From Octopus bimaculoides (lineage: Eukaryota): a stretch of 42,071 nucleotides of DNA. Every line of letters starts with the position of its first letter. Within the stretch, counting starts at the first letter, position 1. Position numbers and translations under genes: made by a program. The notes under the pieces were generated by a model that was not told where the DNA came from, ran no database searches, and saw only the letters and a program-made list of their open reading frames with translations. Positions 32,951 to 42,071 of the stretch are shown here, piece by piece. The stretch is taken from assembly GCF_001194135.2 (NCBI RefSeq), contig NC_068987.1:16903324-16945394 (forward strand), written 5' to 3'.

Positions 32951-33793
32951 CCGACAATAATAATACCTGTATGTTGGCGCTCATCGTGGCCAAACCACTG
33001 AACAAGTTATACAAATGTAATTTGAACTTAACTAAATATTTCCAAGAAAGATAGGTTTAAAAAAATATTGAGATTGTTGTTAAACATTTACAAGAACGAT
33101 CGAAAAACTTAAGAGCGAAATGAGTTAGCTCAAAAACTCTTACGTGATGATCAATTTCCTTCATTTTTCTCTGAAACATGGATTGAAATTTATAAATTAT
33201 TAAAACAACTTAAGAAATATCAACATAAACGAATAAACAGTAAAATAAATTTGATCGAAATTTATTGAAATATGGAAAGGAAACGAAAACATTAGTGAAG
33301 TGAACTTTGAAGCATTTATATGAAAGCTCGAAATATATAAATAGAAAAATAATTCTTTGAAAAGGAAACGAACAAATTATTGGAATAATTTTGTAACATG
33401 GCAGGTTATAAAATAGTAAAATGTGAAGGTATTTTGATTTGATTTTCTTGTTTATAAGTGAACAATACTGTCATTCTAGAGACATGAGTGGATGTGAACC
33501 AGATGGGAAATAAAAATTTAAAGATAGGAATAGAAAATAGAGAGTATCTCAGTGAGTGTGAGCTAAAAACAAAAAGGGGGAGAGAGAAGGAGACAGAAGA
33601 AAGAGAGAGAGGCCTAAATGTATTATTAGTGGAAGGTATGAAGGTGGTTTCGTTTCTTCCTTGGTTTCGTTTCTGCTCGTGTTACTCAGTGTTCATGTTC
33701 GGAGTTAACCCTCAGAGGATTGTGTACGTAGTGAGAGCTCGGTATTGCCAGGTTACAGGGTGTCAATTAGACGGTTTGTTGCGGTTATCTGAT

Positions 33794-33845
<52 letters not shown>

Positions 33846-33900
33846 CATTCATACATATACATACATACATACATACATACATACATACATGCATGCATGC
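33794..33900. repeat. (GA)n then (TACA)n(TGCA)n microsatellites
   Basis: Read directly from the sequence. Confidence 0.95.
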
Positions 33901-35533
33901 AAACATGCACCGTCTCTTTCTCTATTGGCAAGAAATCGTGAAATAAAACTGAACAATGACATTCTTACAGCACATACAAGTACATACACATGCATCTAGA
34001 TTAACGTACGTCCAATAAGCCTTTGTAAAGTTTCCGCCCACTAAATTTGATTCCGAATGAACTTATTAGACTTGAGGTTAAAGTAGACAATGTGAATAAA
34101 CCGGAAAATACTACGTAGTTTTTACAACCGAACTTGATAGCAGTAAACATATGATGAGATATAAACTTTAAGAATAACGTTGAGAATTTATGTGGTAATA
34201 AATGCTAAATGCCAGTAATGTTGGTGACAAAAGCCTGCAATAAAATATATATTATACATGATATATAATATTGCATATTGGTGGTGGTGGGCACAGTTCT
34301 TTATAAATCATGAGAGACCAAAGCTGTCAAAGAATCTAAGTATTTGAAAGAAGAAAATGTAATATTATTTGAGCAATAGGATATTAATGAAACAATATAT
34401 ATTAATAGGACGTGAATGAAGCAATGATTACTTTAGCATTTCCAGTTTAATAATACTCTACAATCTGCTTGTTTTCTTAATTAATATCGTTCGATCGGTT
34501 TCACGTCGGACAGTTTTACCTGTAGCGTCCTAATGATAAAACAAAGAGCTTATCACTAAACAGTATAGAATGAGGATAAACATTCGACATCCCTCTTATT
34601 GTTATCGCTAAACTCCAAGTTAATCCTGATACTCTACATTTATAAGCGTATATTTTCCAGTCGCGAACATTTCATCTTTTTGTGTGGGCACTGTACATCG
34701 TTTCCTATTTGCATTGTCTAGTACATCCGTTTATATTTAAGAAATGTTGTGATTGCATAAATATTTGACTGTTATTTCTACCAGTTCGTGTGTGGCGGCT
34801 GCTTTCTTAAATTGTGTGTTGGTTTTCCTAAAGAGAACTCCCGATTTTGTTTGTTTATACAGATTAGAGAAACAACCTATAAACCTTAGAATTCTATGCG
34901 TTCATATATCTTTATGGCGCAGTTGTATTCGTAAATACAACAGGATCAAACCTGAAGAAAAAAGAACAAGATCAAAACAGAAACAAAATTCGAGCTCTGT
35001 GTTAAACATTAATAGTTAAATCAGTAAAACAATGCATGAACTAAAACTATAAAGCAAAAATAAATAAAATGCGAGACAGGTGTCAACAAAAGAAACCAGA
35101 TATTATTTGACAGCATGAAATGTATGTATGACCCGGAAAGCGTAATTTCGATAGCCTGAAAATAATTTAGGGGGATATATCGGAAATAAAGACAGAGAAA
35201 AAACGAAAAGCAATGGGATGTAATCAATAACAACGAAAAAATTTCCTCTTGTCTGTGCAACTTTCATGTGCAGCTTGACTTGACTATGATTGAAAGCCGC
35301 GTAAGATGTAATGTGTATGCACAACAACGACAATAAATCAACAGAATACAGATATCTCCGAAATGCATAAATACCACAGCCGTTATGCAGTCAGAGAAAG
35401 ATATGGAGACGCTAAAGTTAATTCACTTGGAACCGAAAGGTTCCTCTATGAAACACAAGGCATTTCTTAAAAAAGACAAAATAAAAAAGCAATTTGTTTT
35501 ATTACATATAATCTACGCTTGTACCGTTCAAAC

Positions 35534-35909
35534 ATGGTTGTGTGGGCTAGAAATTCCCTTTTAACAAGTCAGCTTTGTGTTGAGTCTCATTGCGAGGCAT
35601 GTTAGTCACGTGTCTTCTACTGTAGCTCCGAGTCAACCAATGTTTTGTGAATGAATTTTGGTAGTTGGAAATTGAGTGGAAGCGTGTCATGTTGACATAT
35701 GCATGAATGAGAGAGTGTGCTTGTCAATTGCATGCCATCTACTCACCGCTTGATAACCGTTGTTAGTTTGTTGATGGCCCCTAACTAGCCCCGATAGGAT
35801 GCGTAATAGAGTTAAACATAAAAGGTACTTAGGTGTACTTTATGGAGTAAACCCTTCAAGGCGATGCTCCAGCATAGTCTCAGTCCAGTGACAGAAACAA
35901 GTAAAAGAA
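35534..35909 (+). mobile_element. SINE family C, old and degraded
   Basis: GTGTCTTCTACTGTAGC...TTTGGTAGTTGGAAA...CCCTTCAAGGCGATGCTCCAGCAT...ACAGAAACAAGTAAAAGA. Confidence 0.75.
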
Positions 35910-36119
35910 CTTAATGTACAACGAAGAAAGCATTTTCAGAAGAATATATACCGAGTCACACGGTACATTAGAAATAACAGCTAAAAAGCTACCGAATCAC
36001 AACTGTCCATCTAATAACCGATATGAAACTTTGACTAATATAGTTTAACTCTAAGTTACTTTTAGTGAACGACTCCATAATGACATATAGGGTCATTTGT
36101 AAAAAAAAAAAAAAAAAAA

Positions 36120-36395
36120 GACGAAGAAACTATTTCTGCCCTGAGCCTATAGCTTCAAGAGGAGGAACGTATTTGGATTTTTAAGGGTTTTAGGCCATAA
36201 CTGTAGGACTGTCCTAACGGAACGCAATTCCAGTCCAGCATAGGTTTAACTCCCAGGTGCCACTGTTATTATTTTTTAAATGCGTGTAGAGGAGCAGCAT
36301 GAAATGATGTGCTTTACTGAAGGGTACAATGCAAAGACCAGTTACAGAATCGAACTGCGTCCTAATGAAAGTGAGTTCACCACCTTAACCCCTAG
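36120..36395 (-). mobile_element. Degraded tRNA-headed SINE sharing the B/D/F core
   Basis: Plus strand GCAGCATGAAATGATGTGCTTTACTGAAGG...GAATCGAAC...CACCTTAACC is the reverse complement of head plus core. Confidence 0.5.
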
Positions 36396-36705
36396 GGAAT
36401 AAGCTTCCGTTAAAACCTATTTAGCGTCTCAACAATGAAAAATGAGGCTGGAAGTTCTATAGTCACATACTCGATAACGACTGACCTGCGGTTAAACAAG
36501 GAATATTATAATATAAAGCAAAATAAATCAAATGTATGAAATGAGCCAATGATGTATTCATAATTTTTGTTCGAAATTTCAAACCTTGACGATGACAAAC
36601 AATAGAATTACATCTTAAGTATTTACAGACGAAATAAGAAACAGAAAGCATAATAATTATAGCTCAGTACTGGTGTCATCCGAGGGATCTCTATGAAAAT
36701 ATATA

Positions 36706-36918
36706 GATTTCAAATTTTGGTACAAGACCAGCAAGCTATAGGGAGGGAATAAGTGGATTATATCGACCACCGTGCTTAACTGGAACTTGTTTTATCGACA
36801 CCAAAGGATGAAAGTCCAAGTCAACCTCGTCGGAATTTGAACTCAAAATGTTAAAACAGACGAAATGTCACTAAGCATTTTGCTCAGCGTGCTAACGACT
36901 CTGCTAGTTCGCAGCGTT
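36706..36918 (-). mobile_element. SINE family E
   Basis: GATTTCAAATTTTGGTACAAGACCAGC...GGAATTTGAACTCAAAA...CGTGCTAACGACTCTGCTAG. Confidence 0.88.
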
Positions 36919-37069
36919 GGACTTTATGGAAGTATTACCGTAACAAAATCATAAAACATTGAAGGCCACAACCTGAACTTTGACCGCCGACCATCCGTGA
37001 AATTAATAACGTAAATACAAATTTTTGTTTCTAGAAATGGAAGCACAATGCGACAGATTCATAATGTAG

Positions 37070-37453
37070 AGGTTAATCGATTTAATCGATTAAATCGACT
37101 CCAGATTACAACCCAGTACTAGTGTTATCCAAAATGTCCCTAAGAAAATTATTTACAATAACAAAAATCTTGAAAAATAGCACCTTAAGTTTGATCTCCA
37201 GCCTTTCATGTAATTTATAGTGAAAGCATCAAGTCTTTCTAGCATAGAATGCACAGTGCAAGAAATGACAGAGTGCAATCGATTAAATCGAGACCAATAC
37301 TAGATTAGAACTTCATATCGTTGACCTCTGAATGGCTGAGTGGCACAATTGACCACTGGGTGACTTAAATTCACTTAAAGTATAGGGAGTTTGGACGAAT
37401 GTCGCTTGAGAATACCAAACGACGCTCGAGTAATTCCGCTGATTTGACATCTT
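37070..37453 (-). mobile_element. Two old family E SINE fragments (about 37070-37130 and 37275-37453)
   Basis: Both carry the ATCGATTAAATCGA segment followed by degraded core sequence. Confidence 0.55.
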
Positions 37454-37488
37454 AACGCAATGTTAATGGAATACATAATGAATGCATG

Positions 37489-37701
37489 TTTCGAATTTTC
37501 ACACAAGGTCAGCAATTGTTAAAAGAGGATTAGTCGATAAGATCAATCCCAGTGATTGAATGATACTTTATTTTATCGACATCGAAAGGGTGAAGGTAAA
37601 GTTGATATCGGACGTATTTGGACTCAGAATCTAAAGAGCCGGATGAAATGGTGCTAAGCATTTTGTTCGACAAAGTAACAATTCTGCCAGCTTGCCGCCT
37701 T
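37489..37701 (-). mobile_element. SINE family E
   Basis: ATTAGTCGATAAGATC...TTTTATCGAC...ATTCTGCCAGCTTGCCGCCTT. Confidence 0.85.
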
Positions 37702-37777
37702 AATACTTAATATAATACAAATATCTACTTAATATCATTAATGTAGATAATAATTATATACCTCAATCAAGGTTATA

Positions 37778-37875
37778 TAGATTTTTTGGATCTAGTTTGG
37801 ATTTTTGCCATCAAATTTGATTGCAAATAATTCAAATTTGAAGGCAAAGAATTCAAACTAGATCGAAAACATTTA
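37778..37875. mobile_element. Palindromic mini-MITE (copy 1, older)
   Basis: TAGATTTTTTGGATCTAGTTTGGA-TTTTTGCCATCAAATTTGA...CAAACTAGATCGAAAACATTTA. Homologous to 41638-41757. Confidence 0.85.
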
Positions 37876-37880
37876 TATTT

Positions 37881-38084
37881 GCTTCAAACTTTGCCACAAG
37901 GCCAGAGAGTTTGGGCAAAAGATAATTCGACACTCAGATCTAAACTGGTACTTATTTTATCGTTCCCGAAAAGGCGAAAGGTAAAGTCAACCTTGGCAGA
38001 ATTTGAACTCAGAACTGAAAGATAGACGAAATGCCGCTAAGCATTTTACTCGGCGTGCTAACGATTCTGCCAGCTAATCGCCTT
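37881..38084 (-). mobile_element. SINE family E
   Basis: AACTGGTACTTATTTTATCG...GAATTTGAACTCAGAAC...CGTGCTAACGATTCTGCCAGC. Confidence 0.88.
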
Positions 38085-38184
38085 ACCTTCATCAAAATAT
38101 ATTGAAGTGTATCATTTATCCCGATGTTATCTTGAAAAGTGAAATTGTTCAAATTATCATGCCGACTAACTATATTTTAAGATT

Positions 38185-38575
38185 AGCACTGCCGGCCGAA
38201 CGGTTAAGAAGTTGGCATAGCAATCACAACACTCCGAGTTCGAAACTACTATTTGGCATCTTGGGCAAATGTCGTTTTTTATATGGGCCCAACCTCATCT
38301 TGTGAGTGAAATTGGAAGCTCGTCGACCAATTGTATCTGCAATCAAAAAGTACAGCTTTATTGACATACTGTGTGAACTAGAGGAAATGATAGCGAGTCA
38401 GACAAAATATCATACAGTAGTTGTTCAAGACCGTATATTTTACGTTCTATGTTCAAACCTCACCTAGGTCAACTATGTTTTCTATTTATTTGAGGCTGAT
38501 AAAATAAAGCATCAGTCAAATACTAGGGTTAATTTAATCGAATAAACCTGCCCACGACATTTCAGTCCCTGTGCA
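38185..38575 (+). mobile_element. Two degraded SINEs (C-like at about 38185-38375, family E at about 38400-38575)
   Basis: GGTTAAG...GAGTTCGAAAC...GGCATCTTGGGCAAATGTC, then ACGTTCTATGTTCAAAC...GAGGCTGATAAAATAAAG. Confidence 0.55.
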
Positions 38576-38896
38576 TATGCTGGGGACAATTATATTCTTG
38601 TTTCATTTCTTCTGTTTATTGGATAATTTTGGACGATTTCTAATAACAAGAAATATAATAGATTATGGTAAGTGTAAATTTGATTTTAATTTTGAAATTA
38701 GATATTTTTGACATTTATTATTTCAGTATAAATTGTCTTAAGTATATTTTGTCGTCATCGTTTCCACCCAACCTCCGCTGAAAACGCATTCAATCAATAC
38801 ATTTATAATTTACAGTTTACAAACATCAACAATGAAACATAGACACACATACATATGTACAAAAACATACACTCATGCAAGCACACACATATGCAA

Positions 38897-38935
<39 letters not shown>

Positions 38936-39274
38936 AACAATAATACTCTTAGAGAAGTACTGTTATAGGAAGAACAACGTTAAACGTATTACCTTTGACA
39001 ACATGTGAAACATTTCGCCATTTACATGTGTTAGATAAGATTTGGGAAACGTAGCTTCATTGCTTTAGACATTTTCTGTTTGAAGTAAATTGTATGAATT
39101 AAGATAAATATCGATATGAAATGTTATAGACGGGATATGTCCATCGCTTCAGATAAGAACACATAGAGAATAGAAATTTGTTACATATAATGCATGAATG
39201 AAAGAGGTTAAGAGCAAAAAAAATTCGGAAGTGAATAAATGATTAATCGATTAATAAGGTAGTTGGAGAAGAAC

Positions 39275-39340
<66 letters not shown>

Positions 39341-39798
39341 GTATATATATATATATGTGTGTGTGTGTATATATATAAACATCTAAACACTCACATATAC
39401 ATATATATCTGACGTGTTATAAAATAGAAATGAACAAGCTGTGGTAAATATAAGAGAGAAAACAATAGGCAAACAAAAATTTTCTTTTACCTTATATTTA
39501 AAATTTTCGGGTTTAAAATCTCTTTAATAAGGGAAAAATCGAGAGCAGTCTCAAAACTGAGACGCAAATGTGTAAAACATAGCTTATAACTCTACAAAGT
39601 TTCATTATTTCATCTCGTGGGTTGATAAATATATGTAATTAGCTGGATATATAGTCAACAGAGGAAATCCAGAGATTCTCAATATGGCAAACACTTAGTA
39701 GCACTAAAATGATTCATACTTAGATGTCTTTACGTGAGACCAATTCCACGGAGTAAAGAGTGGCTGTAAGAGGAATCAAGGCGATTAGCTATGGAAGC

Positions 39799-40098
39799 AA
39801 TTGTGCGGATAAACAAATTAAATGGATTTGATATTAGAAAAATATGCATATATGTATACATGCAAAACGGGAGAAAGGAAAGACTGAAGACTTTCATACG
39901 ATGAATATTTTTAGTATAAATATATAGATATTTATGTTTGCACTCTGTGTAAGTTTGATCTATTAATATAAGTATCTAATATATAAGTATCAAATATTCA
40001 TCGTCTAACAGTTCTTAGTTTTTGTTTTCTCTCATTTTGCATGTATACATATTTTGTATATCAACCCCAAGCTGTTATATTTGTTTATCCGCATAATT
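39799..40098. repeat. About 110-bp inverted arms around an 81-bp spacer (foldback)
   Basis: Perfect complementary blocks: 39804-39818/40079-40093 (15 bp), 39850-39867/40035-40052 (18 bp) and 39898-39910/39992-40004 (13 bp). They are collinear. Confidence 0.88.
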
Positions 40099-40818
40099 AG
40101 CTGGCTATGACATTTCCGGGGAATTTTTATTTATTGAAACAAGCATTTTGTATGAATGTGTTCTTTCATGCGGACTATAAAGTGTACTAATGGAGCTTCA
40201 GATGTAAGCTCTAAATGACGTAATTTATGCCATGTGATACATTACGTTCACATGCAAATTCAAATCTACTTTTTGGTCTGGTTGTTGGTTTATGTGCTTA
40301 CATTGTTACTGAATCTGGGCTAATTTCTAGACAGTCATTTTCTTAGAGAACACCCAGAGTACATGGGTTATAAATTCATTCTCTTCTTAGGGATTGCCAA
40401 ACGGTTTGAAGCAGCGATTTTATTACAGTAATCTCAATGATTTAAACGTCACCATCCCCAATTATATGTAGATAGAAAATCTAACCTTAAATTTTATATT
40501 TTAACTCTTAATAAAAGATTAATTCGTAAATCTGAAATATTGAAATATAATGTAAGACGTAAACCAGACTTTTTTGATTTTGCTTCTATATTCGCTTTCT
40601 TTATTCCGATTTGCATCATAGTGGCTTCCTAAACGAAAATAAATTGTATTTTATTATGCACTTAATAAAATTATATAAACATGACGTCATATATAACTGT
40701 GAGGAAATTGTAAGATGTTGCACATGCACTCACATGTGAGTGCAATGGTTCTTATAACCGAAAGAACTGTAAGCTAGTGAAATGATAACTTAACACCATT
40801 TGCTTGGTAATTCATTAA

Positions 40819-40864
<46 letters not shown>

Positions 40865-41097
40865 NNNNNNNNNNNNNNNNNNNNNNNNNNNNNNNNNNNN
40901 NNNNNNNNNNNNNNNNNNNNNNNNNNNNNNNNNNNNNNNNNNNNNNNNNNNNNNNNNNNNNNNNNNNNNNNNNNNNNNNNNNNNNNNNNNNNNNNNNNNN
41001 NNNNNNNNNNNNNNNNNNNNNNNNNNNNNNNNNNNNNNNNNNNNNNNNNNNNNNNNNNNNNNNNNNNNNNNNNNNNNNNNNNNNNNNNNNNNNNNNN

Positions 41098-41127
<30 letters not shown>

Positions 41128-41131
<4 letters not shown>

Positions 41132-41257
41132 GACGGTCATTTTTTCAGTTTCTATCAGTCACAAGACTATGGTGTGCCCGAGGTTATAGTAGGAGTCACT
41201 TTTCCAAGGTTCGACGCAGTAAAACTAGATCGGGAGCAAGCTTCTTACCACTCAGCC
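41128..41257 (-). mobile_element. SINE family C 5' half, with its internal (TA)n running into the gap
   Basis: CGACGGTCATTTTTTCAGTTTC...CCGAGGTTATAGTAG...CACTTTTCCAAGG...AAGCTTCTTACCACTCAGCC. Confidence 0.75.
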
Positions 41258-41637
41258 TCTGTTTGTCTGTCTGTCTTTCTATCTCTCTCTCTGTACGAGC
41301 GTAGTTATCGACCGCATTTGATTTTTTGTACCCGAGAATTTGACTCTGGAAAGAAATTTTTGATGCTATGACAGATGCCTATAAGCATTAAACCAGAGTA
41401 AAAATTGAATTTTCATTTTATTAGTTCTACTTTATATAAAAATATGAGTATATTTGCCTAACGGTGAATTTTAGGTACATCTACATGTTTCTGTAACTCT
41501 ACTGGATGGTAAAATTTATATCATATTTACTGAATTATTCACCTCGAGAAAATAACTTGTATGGATATCTTGTGTATAAAAACATAGCGATATCGATAGC
41601 AGACAAGAATTGTCAAGCACCTGCGTTTCTAGTATTA

Positions 41638-41757
41638 TAGATGTTTTCGATCTAGTTTGGATTCTTTGCTATCAAATTTGAATTCTTTGCCATCAAATTT
41701 GAATTCTTTGCAATCAAATTTGATGGCAAAGAATCCAAACTAGATCGAAAACATCTA
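41638..41757. mobile_element. Palindromic mini-MITE (copy 2, young), TA-flanked, with three tandem 21-bp units
   Basis: 44-bp terminal arms with one mismatch. ATTCTTTGCNATCAAATTTGA occurs at 41661-41681, 41682-41702 and 41703-41723. TA at both ends suggests Tc1/mariner-type mobilisation. Confidence 0.9.
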
Positions 41758-41791
<34 letters not shown>

Positions 41792-41897
41792 TCTACTTCA
41801 ATACTCTAGTCTCTCTACCTCCTTTCCCTCCCCCTCTCTCTCTGCTACAATCTCTTTCAGATTTCATGCACTTACAAACTTACCAAATACCAACTTT

Positions 41898-41898
<1 letters not shown>

Positions 41899-41955
<57 letters not shown>

Positions 41956-41961
41956 GATCTT

Positions 41962-42027
<66 letters not shown>

Positions 42028-42040
42028 ATATCTATCTATC
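41899..42040. repeat. (TATC)n microsatellite
   Basis: Read directly. Similar arrays occur at 18451-18518 and 39276-39340. Confidence 0.96.
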
Positions 42041-42071
42041 ATAACACCAACCCTGCACCACACACTAAAAT

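Noticed and set aside
36706-38084. Repeat-spacer-repeat appearance of family E clusters (also 24028-24678) suggesting a CRISPR-like array
   Set aside because: The repeats are about 200 bp, diverged, irregularly spaced and have Pol III boxes, tails and TSDs. There are no cas genes and the context is eukaryotic.
39127-39146. GACGGGATATGTCCATCG resembling GACGGGAATGTCCATCG at 12900-12917
   Set aside because: Only about 17 bp are similar and the flanks are not homologous. It could be an old SINE tail remnant or chance.
1128-41189. ORFs containing long X runs (e.g. 10572..11306, 12250..12927, 29388..30047, 40800..41189)
   Set aside because: They are open only because they span N gaps.

Overview
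This is AT-rich, intron- or intergenic-type eukaryotic DNA from a draft assembly with 10 N-gaps, most of them bordered by (TA)n or (TACA)n tracts. The extreme microsatellite load and the tRNA-headed SINE families resemble repeats I recall from octopus genomes. The organism call (coleoid cephalopod, probably Octopus) is an inference and was not checked against a database. I found no intact protein-coding gene, rRNA, tRNA gene or CRISPR array. The long ORFs in the track are artefacts of satellites, microsatellites or N-runs. The sequence does support: two decayed mariner transposase fragments (357-825 on -, 8743-9115 on +); a heavily decayed hAT-type transposase (about 7560-8742, -); a decayed RTE-clade LINE RT fragment (about 21800-22645, -); a probable RTE 5' end; about 30 SINE copies from several modular families, three with clear target-site duplications; a roughly 2-kb CpG-rich (TTCG/TACG)n satellite with higher-order repeats; and eight hand-verified foldback or palindromic elements, including two copies of a tiny TA-flanked MITE with a variable internal 21-bp repeat. 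One possible 159-bp cassette exon lies at 16070-16228. I do not see convincing evidence of a new multi-gene system. The best leads are the foldback hairpins (possible dsRNA, ADAR or miRNA substrates), the palindromic VNTR-MITE and the CG-tetranucleotide satellite.
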